Shown piece by piece: positions 37,401 to 48,008 of a stretch of DNA of 64,000 bases. How positions within the stretch are numbered: position 1 is the stretch's first letter; each line of letters begins with the position of its first letter. The position numbers and the translations under genes were made by a program. The stretch comes from Candidatus Iainarchaeum sp. (GTDB lineage: Archaea; Iainarchaeota; Iainarchaeia; Iainarchaeales; 1-14-0-10-31-34), in NCBI GenBank assembly GCA_017609625.1, contig JAFCDN010000004.1, positions 948 through 64,947 of the forward strand, in the 5' to 3' direction. The notes beneath the pieces are model-generated. The model was not told where the DNA came from, ran no database searches, and saw nothing but the letters and a program-made list of their open reading frames with translations.

Positions 37401-40400
37401 ATGGCTGGAACAAAAGAAACACAAATCCAAAAAAATCAGGAAAAATCTGTAATGCCAAAAACAAAAGAAACATCAGCAAAACAGATTTCAGCTGAAACTC
37501 TGGCAAAAGAATTCAAAGAACACTCTGTAGCAGAATTCTTCAAAAAAAACAGGCAAATGCTTGGATTAACAGGAAAAATCAGAACACTAACAACTATTGT
37601 GCACGAATATGTAACTAACAGCGTAACAGCTGATACCCCAACAGTAATAAGAGAAACTGGAGAAATGAAAATTGAAAGAATAGGAAAAATAGTTGACAAT
37701 TTGATGGAAAAAAATGGCTTTGAATGTTCCCAAAAACAAGAACTTGAATCTTTAAGAGATTTTAAGAAATTTGAGGTTTTATGTTTTGACAAAAAAACAA
37801 ACAAATTAAATTTCAAACCAGTAAAATCTATTCACAGACACCAAATGGGTTTAGAAGAAAAAATCTTTAAAATAAAAACTGTAGGGAACAGAACAGTTGA
37901 AGCAACAAAACACCACGGATTATTTACTCTAAGAGAAGGAAAGGTAACCGAAATAAAAGCAGAAGAACTATCAATTGGAGATTATTTAGTAGTTCCAAGA
38001 AAGAGTTGGATCGAAGAAACAAAAAAAGAAATAAACCTTTTAGAAGAAGCTTTAAAGTTGAGTGCTGAAGAATTAAAAGAGTTTAGTATTTTTGGAATAA
38101 AAGAAATTCTCTACAAAAATGAAGAACTTAAAAACAAAATAAAATCTCAATTAACAAAAAAACAAAGACATTATGATTTTTACAGAAATTATATGAAATG
38201 CAATAGATTGCCTATTAGGCTGTTAAAAATACTAAATGAAGAAGAAATAAAATATTTCTGTAACTGCTATATTGGAGCAAGACATTGCAAATACAAATTG
38301 CCAACAAAAATGCCGATAACAAAAGAACTAATGCATTTTTTGGGTTTGTATGCAGCTGAAGGAAGTACAAGAAAAACAATTGCAAATCCTTCACTATCTT
38401 TCGGTTCTCATGAAAAAGAACTAATTGAATACAGCTCTTTCTTAATCAAACACTTATTTGGATTTAACCCCCCACAAAGAAAAGCACACAACACAGCAGT
38501 CAATGTTGAAATGCCTTCAAAAACTGTATCCTTTATTTTAACAAAAATATTTAAATGTGGTTTTGGAGCCAGAGAAAAGAAAATTCCGGGAATTGTTTTT
38601 AGCACTTCAAAAGAACTTGCAAAAGAATTCCTGTTTGCATATTTAGCAGGAGATGGTTATCCCTCAGCAAAGATTTTTAGGAAACTGTTAAACGGAGATT
38701 TTAATTTAAAAGAAAAAATTGTTTTGGTTACAGGAAGCAAAGAATTCTCTATTGAAATTCAGTACCTCTTATCAGGCACAGGTTATTCATACAGTTTCAG
38801 TGAAAAAGAAGCAGAACAAAGAATTGTTGCAGGGAAAAAAGCTAATTTTGGAAAAGCCTACAAAATAGAATTTTACACAAATCAGAAAAATTCTCCATTA
38901 AGCTTTTTCCCACTTGAAATTGGAGGAATTCAAGCAGTAATTGAACCAAAACTTAAATGGGCAATAAACAAAAGAGGACAACAAACAGCCAGTTATGAAA
39001 AAATTGCTTCATTGAAACTAAACCAAGCAAAGGTTTCAGAAGAAACAGTGAATTTTATCGGAGGAGATTTAGGGTTATTGCAAATAAGTGAAATAGAAGA
39101 AAGAATTCCAAAAGAAAAAGAATATGTTTATGATTATTCAGTTGAAAACGACGAAAACTTTGTTGGGGGCTATGGAGCAATTTGCTTGCATAATTCAATT
39201 GATGCATGCGAATCTGCAAACATTCTTCCAGAGATTGAAATAAAAATCCAGGAATTAGGAAGTGAATCCTATGAAGTAACAATCAAAGACAATGGCCCTG
39301 GACTGACTAAAGATACTGTAGGAAAAGCTTTAGGGCAGTTGTTGGCAGGAACAAAATTCCACAGAATGATTCAGTCAAGAGGACAGCAGGGAATTGGAGC
39401 GGCAGGAGCAACAATGTATTCTCAGACAACAACAGGAAAACCAGTTAAAGTTATTTCAGGAACAGGAAAAGGAAAAGCTTTTTCTCTTGAATTAACAATT
39501 GACCCGAAAAAGAACCAGCCAAAAATAGAAAATTTCCAGGAGTTAGATAAAGAATTCAAAGGCCTGGCAATAAAAGCAAAAGTAAAAGATGTATTATATA
39601 GAATTTCAGAGCAGGGGCCTTTAGAATACGTCAGAAGAACTGCAATTGCAAACCCTCATGTTCAAATCAGCTTAATTGATCCAATAGGGCAAAAAACTTT
39701 ATTCAAAAGAAGCTCTAACAAGATTCCAAGGGCTCCAAAAGAAATTAAGCCTCATCCAAAAGGAATTACAGTAGATGAATTAGTTACAATGGCAAAATAT
39801 TCTGATGCAAGAAAAGTAGGCTCTTTTTTGAAAAACTCTTTTGACAGAATGGGAGACAACGCAATACAGGGAATAACCAAAATGGTTTCTTTTGATATGA
39901 ACATGGATCCAAAAAAAATGGAATGGAGTGATGCAGAAGAAATAATCAAAGCAATAAAACAGATTAATTTTATTGCTCCAACAACAGAAGGTTTAAGCCC
40001 GATAGGAGATGCACAAATTGAAACTTCACTTAAATCAATTGTCCAGCCAGAATTTTTAAAAGTTATTACAAGAAAAGCGCAGGTTTACAGCGGAGGATTT
40101 CCTTTCCAAGTGGAGGTTGCAGTTGCATTTGGAGGCAATGCAGGAAGAAGCTCTGGAAACGGAAACTCAGAAGAACATTTAAAGAGAATGGAAACAATGC
40201 GTTTTGCAAACAAAGTTCCATTGCTTTTTGATTCTGGAGGCTGTGCAATAACAAAAGCAGTGCAGACAATTGACTGGAAAAGATATGGAATACAAAATAT
40301 TGATGAAGCTCCATTAACTGTTTTTATTAATGTAATTTCAGTTCATATTCCTTATACTTCAGCAGGAAAACAGGCAATCTCAGATGAAGTTGAAGTACTG

Positions 40401-40754
40401 GAAGAAATCAGACTTGCATTGATGGATTCCGGCAGAAGAATTGCAAGGCATATTATCGGAAAAAAAAGAGAAAAAGAAAAACAAGCAAAGAAAAAAATGT
40501 ATATGAAATACGCAGTTGAAGTTGCAATTGCTTTAAGCGAATTAACAGGAAAAAACAAGCAGGAAATAGAGAAAAAATTATTAAATACTGTTTTGAAAAG
40601 ACTTAAAATGGAAGAACAAGAAGAAAAAAAAGAATTAAGTGATGAACAAATAGAAAAAGAAGTTGAAAAAGAAGCAAAGAAAAAAGAAAAAGCAGAAGAA
40701 AAAAAGAAAGGCAAAAAAACAGCAAAAATAAAAGGATTAAAGAAAGTAAAATAA
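37401..40754 (+). CDS. top6B: DNA topoisomerase VI subunit B with intein
   Basis: SVAEFF, HEYVTN|SIDAC, DNGPG, QSRGQQGIG, RFANKVPL. Confidence 0.96.
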   Translation: MAGTKETQIQKNQEKSVMPKTKETSAKQISAETLAKEFKEHSVAEFFKKNRQMLGLTGKIRTLTTIVHEYVTNSVTADTPTVIRETGEMKIERIGKIVDNLMEKNGFECSQKQELESLRDFKKFEVLCFDKKTNKLNFKPVKSIHRHQMGLEEKIFKIKTVGNRTVEATKHHGLFTLREGKVTEIKAEELSIGDYLVVPRKSWIEETKKEINLLEEALKLSAEELKEFSIFGIKEILYKNEELKNKIKSQLTKKQRHYDFYRNYMKCNRLPIRLLKILNEEEIKYFCNCYIGARHCKYKLPTKMPITKELMHFLGLYAAEGSTRKTIANPSLSFGSHEKELIEYSSFLIKHLFGFNPPQRKAHNTAVNVEMPSKTVSFILTKIFKCGFGAREKKIPGIVFSTSKELAKEFLFAYLAGDGYPSAKIFRKLLNGDFNLKEKIVLVTGSKEFSIEIQYLLSGTGYSYSFSEKEAEQRIVAGKKANFGKAYKIEFYTNQKNSPLSFFPLEIGGIQAVIEPKLKWAINKRGQQTASYEKIASLKLNQAKVSEETVNFIGGDLGLLQISEIEERIPKEKEYVYDYSVENDENFVGGYGAICLHNSIDACESANILPEIEIKIQELGSESYEVTIKDNGPGLTKDTVGKALGQLLAGTKFHRMIQSRGQQGIGAAGATMYSQTTTGKPVKVISGTGKGKAFSLELTIDPKKNQPKIENFQELDKEFKGLAIKAKVKDVLYRISEQGPLEYVRRTAIANPHVQISLIDPIGQKTLFKRSSNKIPRAPKEIKPHPKGITVDELVTMAKYSDARKVGSFLKNSFDRMGDNAIQGITKMVSFDMNMDPKKMEWSDAEEIIKAIKQINFIAPTTEGLSPIGDAQIETSLKSIVQPEFLKVITRKAQVYSGGFPFQVEVAVAFGGNAGRSSGNGNSEEHLKRMETMRFANKVPLLFDSGGCAITKAVQTIDWKRYGIQNIDEAPLTVFINVISVHIPYTSAGKQAISDEVEVLEEIRLALMDSGRRIARHIIGKKREKEKQAKKKMYMKYAVEVAIALSELTGKNKQEIEKKLLNTVLKRLKMEEQEEKKELSDEQIEKEVEKEAKKKEKAEEKKKGKKTAKIKGLKKVK
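37620..39194 (+). mobile_element. Ser-initiated intein with LAGLIDADG endonuclease in Top6B (525 aa)
   Basis: N|SVTADTP ... YVYDYSV...CLHN|S; FLGLYAAEG and FLFAYLAGDG. Confidence 0.92.
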
Positions 40755-40827
40755 AAAAAAGGAGAAAAATAAAATAATTAAAAAAATTAAAGAAAAAAAA
40801 TTAAATTAAGAAAACGGTGTGTTGTAA

Positions 40828-41922
40828 ATGAGCAAAAAAGACAAAGAAGTAATTCAAAAACTAAAAGAAGTAGGAATAGACATTACAAAACAGATAGAAA
40901 AAGGAAATGACCCTTCTTATGAACTGCCTGTAAGAACTCTGAATAATGTTTTCTTTGACAAGAAAACAAAAACAATCAGATTAGGAGACAGGAAAAGCAC
41001 CAGACAGTTTTTGAATATTGCCCACACAAGAAAATTCATGCAGACAATGCTTGTAACCTCTGAAATAAGAAAAATAATAGAACAAGAAGCAACAATTTCT
41101 ATCAGAGATTTGTATTATGCTTTAAAGCACACAATTGAAGGAACAGAAGAAAACAGCTTTGAAGACCAGTCAGAATCCGATCCAATAATTGAGGATTTAG
41201 AATGTTCTTTAAATTTATTAAGAGAAGAACTTCATTTGGCTGCTTCAAGCAAAGGAGTTATTACAGGAAAACTAAAAATCAAAGACGGAAAAGACACAAT
41301 TGATTTAACCAAAATGGGTTCAGGAGGATGGGGGGTTCCATCAAATGTTGAGCCGGAAAAAATTGAAATAAAAGATTTAGATGCAGAATATGTTTTGTTT
41401 ATAGAAAAAGATGCTGTATGGAAAAGATTCAACGAAGACCAGTACTGGAAAAAACACAAATGCATTATTATAACAGGAAGAGGCCAGCCTTCTAGAGCAG
41501 AAAGAAGATTTGTGCAGAGATTAAATAAAGAGCATAAGCTTCCTGTTTTTGCTTTAATGGATGCAGACCCTTGGGGGATGTATATTTATTCTGTAATAAA
41601 ACAAGGTTCAATTTCTTTAAGTTATTCAGAAGAAAAACTTGCAACTCCAGCAACAAAATACATTGGCTTAACAGTTTCAGATGTTGAAACTTTTAAGATT
41701 CCAAAAGAAGTTACAATTAAATTAAACAAGCTTGATGTAAAAAGATTAAATGAAATGAAAAAATATGAATGGTTTAAGAAAAAAGAATGGCAGGATGAAT
41801 TTGATTTAATGAAAGAAAAAGCAATCAAGCTAGAATTGGAAGCTTTAAGCAAAAAAGGCATTCGATTTATCACAGAAAAATATTTACCGCAAAAAATCAA
41901 ATCAAATGATTTTTTGCCTTAA
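40828..41922 (+). CDS. top6A: DNA topoisomerase VI subunit A
   Basis: SIRDLYY catalytic Tyr, IEKDA, GRGQP, DADPWG, ELEAL. Confidence 0.96.
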   Translation: MSKKDKEVIQKLKEVGIDITKQIEKGNDPSYELPVRTLNNVFFDKKTKTIRLGDRKSTRQFLNIAHTRKFMQTMLVTSEIRKIIEQEATISIRDLYYALKHTIEGTEENSFEDQSESDPIIEDLECSLNLLREELHLAASSKGVITGKLKIKDGKDTIDLTKMGSGGWGVPSNVEPEKIEIKDLDAEYVLFIEKDAVWKRFNEDQYWKKHKCIIITGRGQPSRAERRFVQRLNKEHKLPVFALMDADPWGMYIYSVIKQGSISLSYSEEKLATPATKYIGLTVSDVETFKIPKEVTIKLNKLDVKRLNEMKKYEWFKKKEWQDEFDLMKEKAIKLELEALSKKGIRFITEKYLPQKIKSNDFLP

Positions 41923-41988
41923 TTCCTTTAAAAGCCTTTTTTCGGGTAAAAGTTAAATAAAGGGTTAAACATAATTTTTCTGATTTAA

Positions 41989-42594
41989 ATGCGTTTAAGA
42001 ACTCTTTTCAGAATCTCGGATGTAAGACTATTATTAACAGTTTTAATACTGATAATTTTTTATGTTTACGACAAGCTTAATGTGCAGAATCTTCCCTTGC
42101 TTATTGCAATTCTAATTGCCACGTACTTGCTTTCTTCCTTTATTGTGATTTATGCAAGAAGATTCAGAAAATTCTATAAAGGAACTGCAATTGCTTTTGA
42201 TATGGGGGGAGTGTTAACTAAAGGAGAATATTTTACTGAACAGATAGAAGAAATTCCTGGAATGAAAGATTTAATGAAAGAACTAAAAAAACACCATTTG
42301 ATTGCAATCTGTTCAAACAACAACTGGGAAGCATATTTAGCTCATGAAAAAAAATACGGCTGGGATGAGATATTTGATGTAGAAGTTTTATCAGGAAAAT
42401 ACGGAATACAAAAACCAGATCAAAGAATCTACAAGATTTTGTTGAAAGAGTTGGGGGTTAAACCTCAAAACTGTGTTTTTGTTGACGACAGAGAAGAAAA
42501 TGTCAATACTGCAATCAAATTAGGAATGAAAGGAGTTCTTTTTACTTCCCGCGCAGATTTAATTCAAAAACTTAGAAAATGGAATTACTTATAA
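41989..42594 (+). CDS. HAD-superfamily phosphatase with two N-terminal TM helices
   Basis: FDMGGVL, SNN, KPD, FVDD motifs after two hydrophobic helices. Confidence 0.85.
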   Translation: MRLRTLFRISDVRLLLTVLILIIFYVYDKLNVQNLPLLIAILIATYLLSSFIVIYARRFRKFYKGTAIAFDMGGVLTKGEYFTEQIEEIPGMKDLMKELKKHHLIAICSNNNWEAYLAHEKKYGWDEIFDVEVLSGKYGIQKPDQRIYKILLKELGVKPQNCVFVDDREENVNTAIKLGMKGVLFTSRADLIQKLRKWNYL

Positions 42595-43527
42595 AGTAGT
42601 AATCGGCCTTGTCTGAAGAATAAATAATTTGTCTTTTTCTAATCCAAACTCTATATCCTGCGGAAAATTATAATGTGCTTCAATTTTTTTGCATAGCCCT
42701 GCTAACTCAATTATTTTTTGTCCTGAAAGTTTCTGGTTTTCCTGTTCTGAAGTTTTAACTTTCACTTTCTGTGTTTTTCCTGCTTTCAAAGTCAGCAGGT
42801 GTTCCTGCTGGTTTACTTCAATATTTTCAATAAACATTTCTTTTTTGTTTACAACGTATTTATCCGGAGTGACTGCGCCGGAAACAACGCTTTCACCTAA
42901 ACCAAAAGCGGCTTCAATTATTATTTCTTCTCTGTTTTTTGTTATTGGATTTACTGTAAATACTACCCCGCTTGATTCTGATTCAACCATTTTTTGCACT
43001 ACTACTGCTACAGCAACTTTTTTTGAACTAAGTTTTTTTTCTATTCTGTAAAAAATCGCTCTAGGGGTAAACAAAGAACTCCAGCATTTTTTTACTGCTT
43101 GTATCAGCCCTTTTTTTTGGATATGCGTGTATGTTTCTAATTCTCCTGCCCATGAAGCATCTTTTGCATCTTCTGCTGTAGCAGAGCTTCTTACAGCAAC
43201 ATAATTTGCTTTCAGTGAAGAGAATTCTTTTAGAATTGATTTTTCTATTTCTGCAGGAACTTTTCCTTTTCCAATCTGTTTTCTAATATTCTCTGAAGCT
43301 TTGTTTACTGAATCAGTTTTTTTTGGATTAACTTTTTTTAATTCAGCTTTAATCACTTTTTCCAATTGATTTGCTTCTATAAAGTAGTTGAATGAATCCA
43401 CTAAAACAACAAAACCATCTGGAACAGGAATTTTTGAATTAAACATTTCTCCTAACTGCGCTCCTTTGCCTCCAGCAATTGAAACGCTTTTTTTATTGAG
43501 TTTTTTGAAAGGCTGAACAAAATTCAT
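42589..43527 (-). CDS. Stand-alone ATP-grasp nucleotide-binding domain of the PEP synthase/PPDK/Rph dikinase family (PPDK_N)
   Basis: GGKGAQLGEM, VAVRSSATAED, GLGESVVSG, QDIEF, ILQTRPITTL then stop; no His domain. Confidence 0.92.
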   Translation of the reverse strand: MNFVQPFKKLNKKSVSIAGGKGAQLGEMFNSKIPVPDGFVVLVDSFNYFIEANQLEKVIKAELKKVNPKKTDSVNKASENIRKQIGKGKVPAEIEKSILKEFSSLKANYVAVRSSATAEDAKDASWAGELETYTHIQKKGLIQAVKKCWSSLFTPRAIFYRIEKKLSSKKVAVAVVVQKMVESESSGVVFTVNPITKNREEIIIEAAFGLGESVVSGAVTPDKYVVNKKEMFIENIEVNQQEHLLTLKAGKTQKVKVKTSEQENQKLSGQKIIELAGLCKKIEAHYNFPQDIEFGLEKDKLFILQTRPITTL

Positions 43528-43549
43528 TTTCTCAACTCCATTTATTAAC

Positions 43550-44992
43550 TCACTTGAGTTTTTTAATTATTCCTTTTTTTGCATCAACTTCAATTAAATC
43601 ATTATCTTTAAGCAAATCTGTTGCGTGTTGGGTTCCAATAATACAAGGAATCCCAAATTCTCTGCTTATAATTGCAGCATGAGAAGTCATTCCTCCAGTA
43701 TCAGTTACTATTGCTGCAGCTTTTTTTATTGCTGGAACTAAATCAGGAGTAGTCATTGGAGAAACCAAAATGTTTCCTTTCTTCATTTTTGAAAGGTCTG
43801 ATGGCTTGAAAATTATCTTTACTTTTCCTGAAACTTTTCCCATGCAGGCTATTGTTCCTTTAATTTCGGCTTCAGGTTTTTCAAAATTCAGATTTTTCAT
43901 GAATTTTTTTCCTTTTAATCCAACATAAATAAACTGTTTTTTTCCTTTTTGAACATAAACCGAGTAATTCCATCTTTTCTTTAATTCTTTTCTCCATTTT
44001 TTAGGATTGCTTAAGGCTTTTTCTAATTCTTCTGCAAACAGATATCTGCTTTCTTTTAATTTAACTCCAATTCTTTTTGAAATCTCTTTTAATAAAGGTT
44101 CCATTAAATAAAGTGATTTAGACATCAAGCCTTTTCTGTATTCTTTAAAATAAGCTAATTCTCCTAACAGCAAAGCCATTTTCACTCCTTTAGTTTTTTT
44201 TGCTTTCTTTCTTGTTTTTTGAACTTTTATTTTCTCAGAGTTTATGGCTTTAATTATTTTTTCAGGTTTTTTTAGGCATTCTTTCAGAATTTTTTCAAAT
44301 TCTTTTTTTTCTAATTGATTTCCTTCATAATCATATGGAAGCCATTTCCATTCTTTAATATGTTTTTCAAAGTCTTTCCAGAACTTGCTTTTTTTGAATT
44401 CTTTGAATAAAGTGATTTTTTTCTTTTTTGCTTTTAATGCCAGCTTTGTCAATTCAAGTTTGTTTTTTGTTTCCCAAGAAAAACCCGCTGGAACAGATAA
44501 AACAGTAATAAGTTTTGTTGCTTTTTCAAACCCAAACTCTTTTTTTAATTGTTTTGAAGCCATTTTTTCCAAAGAAAAATCACACATAAAAGGAATTGCT
44601 GCAGGAATATAAGCATCAGAATAAGCTTTGCAGTATGCTTTGAATAATTTATTTAATCCTAAATTAGTTGTTTTTTTGTTAACTTTATTTGCTTTTCTTG
44701 CAACCTTAAGCAATTTTTTATTTCTTTTTTCAAAATCTTTCAACACTTTTTTTAATAAAAGTTTTTTTGAAACAATTTTTTCTGCTATTTTGTTTCCGCT
44801 GGAATGAAAATCTTCTCTGACAAAATAGCCTTTACTTTTTCCTTTTTCAAAATCAGTTAAAACGATTTTTTGTGAAGTTCCTGCATAACTTTTAATTCTA
44901 TTTGTAAAAACATCAAACAACAAATTGATTGGAAACAGACTGAGCTTTAGAGTGTATTGTTTATAGAACCCAGCTGAAGGCGTTTTTTTCAT
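43550..44992 (-). CDS. PEP-utilizer swivel (phospho-His) domain protein, paralog 5
   Basis: C-terminal GGMTSHAAIISREFGIPC; ~370 aa helical N-terminal region. Confidence 0.88.
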   Translation of the reverse strand: MKKTPSAGFYKQYTLKLSLFPINLLFDVFTNRIKSYAGTSQKIVLTDFEKGKSKGYFVREDFHSSGNKIAEKIVSKKLLLKKVLKDFEKRNKKLLKVARKANKVNKKTTNLGLNKLFKAYCKAYSDAYIPAAIPFMCDFSLEKMASKQLKKEFGFEKATKLITVLSVPAGFSWETKNKLELTKLALKAKKKKITLFKEFKKSKFWKDFEKHIKEWKWLPYDYEGNQLEKKEFEKILKECLKKPEKIIKAINSEKIKVQKTRKKAKKTKGVKMALLLGELAYFKEYRKGLMSKSLYLMEPLLKEISKRIGVKLKESRYLFAEELEKALSNPKKWRKELKKRWNYSVYVQKGKKQFIYVGLKGKKFMKNLNFEKPEAEIKGTIACMGKVSGKVKIIFKPSDLSKMKKGNILVSPMTTPDLVPAIKKAAAIVTDTGGMTSHAAIISREFGIPCIIGTQHATDLLKDNDLIEVDAKKGIIKKLK

Positions 44993-46476
44993 TTTTTCGC
45001 CCTCTTTAGTATTCTGATTATTCCATGATATGCGTCTAATTCTATTAGGTCGTTATCCTTTAAATATTCTGTTGCTTTTTGAACCCCAACAACACATGGT
45101 TTGTTTAATTCCCTTGAAACAATTGCTGCATGACATGTCATTCCACCCTGCTCTGTAACTATTCCTGCCGACCTTTTCATTGCAGGAACTAATTCAGGCT
45201 GGGTTGCAAGAGAAACCAGTATTTCTCCTTCAAATAATTTATCCATTTCTTCAATGCTGTTAACTATTTTTACTTTTCCTTTAATCAACCCAGGAGAAGC
45301 AATCTGGCCATTTAACTGGTTTTTCTTTTTTGAAACTTTTTCTCTTACAACCAGTTCATGGAATTTTTTTCTGGCTTTTTCTCCGAAAAAAACCTTGTCT
45401 CCGTTAACATCTGAAACCACAGTCATTAATTTGCTTCTTTTAAGCAGTTCTTTTTGGTTAAAAGGAATTTTTTTCATCAAATGTTCTCTTAATTCTCTTC
45501 TGGTTAAAAATCCCAAAAGGTTTTTTGGGATAAAATGTTTTTTTGAAACTACTTTGCATAACTTTGAGATTAAATAAAAAGAGCAAACCATAATTTCTTT
45601 TCTAAATCCTTTCAAAAAAATTATTTCCCTAGCTAAATCAAAAAAATATTCATCTTCTCTGCTTAACTTTAATTTTTTTTTTGCTTTTCTTATTTTTTTC
45701 TTTAATTCTTTTTTTTCTGTTTTGATTTTTTTTAGGTTGTATTCCAGTTCACTGCTTTTAATCAAATCCTTTATTTCTTCTTTATAGAATTCAATTGAAG
45801 CTTCAGGCCCGTTAAAACCAAAAGTTATCCACCCAAAGTTTTTTCTGTGCGCTTCCAATAATTTGTTTTTTTGCTTTTCTCTTAATTTTTTTGTTTTGAA
45901 TTTTTTTGAGATTAAAAGCAGTGCTTTTCTTTCTTTTGAAGAGAAAGTGTCATCTAACGGAGCAGTCAAAACTGAAAAATAATCTGCGCTTCTTTTGCTT
46001 AACTGTCTTTCTGAAATCAGCTTAATAAGTTTTTTGTTTAAATGATTTGTTAGAAGGTTGTTCCAGAAATCTATCCCAACAAAAGTCCAGCCGCTGTAAG
46101 TAACGTTTTTGTCGTATTTGTAAATCAAATCAAGGTATTTTACAATCTGCTTGTCTGAAAGAGAGTTTAAATCCATTGAATTGAATTTTTTCAGCAGATT
46201 AACCATTTTTTCTGCATAAAAAAAATGAATCTTTTTTTCTTTCCAGATTTTTTTCCTGTTTTTTTTGTATAACTTAAACTGGTGTTTTCCTACTTTAGCC
46301 CACCAATTAACATCCTGAGCCCATTCAATATGGCCTTTCTCCAATCTTATTACAGTGCACGGAGAAACACTTCCAAAAGGCTTTTTTGCGGTTTTTTCAT
46401 TCCATTCATCACAGTTAAAAGAATAGGCAAAGTAATTTGCATCAAATTCATGGATTGTAATCTGCAGTTTTTTCAT
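44989..46476 (-). CDS. PEP-utilizer swivel (phospho-His) domain protein, paralog 4
   Basis: GGMTCHAAIVSRELNKPC. Confidence 0.88.
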   Translation of the reverse strand: MKKLQITIHEFDANYFAYSFNCDEWNEKTAKKPFGSVSPCTVIRLEKGHIEWAQDVNWWAKVGKHQFKLYKKNRKKIWKEKKIHFFYAEKMVNLLKKFNSMDLNSLSDKQIVKYLDLIYKYDKNVTYSGWTFVGIDFWNNLLTNHLNKKLIKLISERQLSKRSADYFSVLTAPLDDTFSSKERKALLLISKKFKTKKLREKQKNKLLEAHRKNFGWITFGFNGPEASIEFYKEEIKDLIKSSELEYNLKKIKTEKKELKKKIRKAKKKLKLSREDEYFFDLAREIIFLKGFRKEIMVCSFYLISKLCKVVSKKHFIPKNLLGFLTRRELREHLMKKIPFNQKELLKRSKLMTVVSDVNGDKVFFGEKARKKFHELVVREKVSKKKNQLNGQIASPGLIKGKVKIVNSIEEMDKLFEGEILVSLATQPELVPAMKRSAGIVTEQGGMTCHAAIVSRELNKPCVVGVQKATEYLKDNDLIELDAYHGIIRILKRAKK

Positions 46477-48008
46477 TCTTTTCCGCTCTTTAATTTTTTA
46501 ACTATTCCGTGGTTTGCATTAACATTAATCAAATCTCCGTCTTCGAATACTTTTGTAGCAATTTTTGTTCCGATAACACAAGGTGTGTTTAATTCTCTGC
46601 TTACTATTGCAGCGTGGCATGTTACTCCTCCGATATCTGTTACTATCGCAGAAGCTTTTTTCATTGCAGGGACAAGGTTTGGATTGGTTGCATGAGAGAC
46701 AAGAATGTCCCCTTCATTCATTTTCTTCATTTCTTCCGGAAGGTTGATTATTTTTGCAATTCCTTTAACCATTCCAGGAACTGCAGTACTTCCCTCCAGT
46801 TTGGTTATCTTGTATTCTTTTGGACTCGGAACCTGCTTAGCATAAAATTCTGCTTTTTTCCCCGTCAATGTCTTGCTTTTCCCATTAATGCAGATATAAA
46901 CGCTAAACCTGAATCTCTCATTCAATTCTTGCGGATTAAAAGCATTCTTCAGAATTGCGTTTTTGAATTCGCTTGGCCAAATACATCTTAATTGATTAAG
47001 TGAAAGCCCAAGTCTTTTTCCTACTTCTCTTAAAAAAGGCTCATAAGAAAAAAAAGAATAGTAAAGTGAATCTTTTCTCAAACCTTTCAGGTAAATAATC
47101 TGCCTTGAAATATTTAATAACTTCTGGTGTTTAACATCAACTGAAAGTTTTTGAACAAGTTCTTTTTGTTTTTCTTTAACTTTAACAATCCGCTCACTCA
47201 TTTTTTCCAAAAGCAAGGCAAGATTTTCTTCTGATTTAATTAAGCCTTTAATCTGTTGGATAAAATAATCTTTTTCCCAAGCAGGGCCAATATACATATA
47301 AGGAAGCCATCTGAAATTAATGTAATGATTTTCAATTTTTTTGCTGATTTTTTTATTTATTAAAGGAAGCAGTTTAATGATTTCCTCTGGTTCTTTTTCA
47401 AGAAAAAGTTTTCTTGTTTCAGTATCATTTAACACAATTAAAGAAAGCTCTATGATTTGTTTTTCCTGTTTAAGCTGAAAAGATTCATTGTGAGGGGTTG
47501 TCAGCAGGCTGAACACTTCTGCAACTCTTAAAGAAAGTTTTTTTTCCTCAATTTTTTGTTTTAAATATTTTTTTAAGTAATTTGAAAGGAGTTCATGGTC
47601 CCATTCAATCATTGTGGGAAGCATTCCAAAAACATGGCATTTACTGTGAATTTGCATATGTTTGGAAAAAACTTTTTCCAGCTCTTTTTTTGACATCACA
47701 GAAAAATCTGTTTTTTTCATTTTTTTTGAGCTTTCAATTAATTTGCCTGCTGTCTTTTCCAAGAGTCTATTTATTTTAATCAGCCAATCTGGATTGCTTA
47801 AAGTTTTTTCAAAAGTTTTTTTTCCCGCTGCAGTAAACTTTTTTCTTGGCCAACAAAAAAATACGTTTCCTTTCTCAAACACAGACAAAACATCAATTGT
47901 CATACCAATATCTTTTTTCATTCCTTTCCCCCAATATTCGTAAACAGGTTCAAGCAAATGAAAATGTGTTTTTGGAATCTCTTCTGCAATAAACCAGTCT
48001 TTTTTCAT
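46473..48008 (-). CDS. PEP-utilizer swivel (phospho-His) domain protein, paralog 3
   Basis: GGVTCHAAIVSRELNTPC. Confidence 0.88.
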   Translation of the reverse strand: MKKDWFIAEEIPKTHFHLLEPVYEYWGKGMKKDIGMTIDVLSVFEKGNVFFCWPRKKFTAAGKKTFEKTLSNPDWLIKINRLLEKTAGKLIESSKKMKKTDFSVMSKKELEKVFSKHMQIHSKCHVFGMLPTMIEWDHELLSNYLKKYLKQKIEEKKLSLRVAEVFSLLTTPHNESFQLKQEKQIIELSLIVLNDTETRKLFLEKEPEEIIKLLPLINKKISKKIENHYINFRWLPYMYIGPAWEKDYFIQQIKGLIKSEENLALLLEKMSERIVKVKEKQKELVQKLSVDVKHQKLLNISRQIIYLKGLRKDSLYYSFFSYEPFLREVGKRLGLSLNQLRCIWPSEFKNAILKNAFNPQELNERFRFSVYICINGKSKTLTGKKAEFYAKQVPSPKEYKITKLEGSTAVPGMVKGIAKIINLPEEMKKMNEGDILVSHATNPNLVPAMKKASAIVTDIGGVTCHAAIVSRELNTPCVIGTKIATKVFEDGDLINVNANHGIVKKLKSGKE

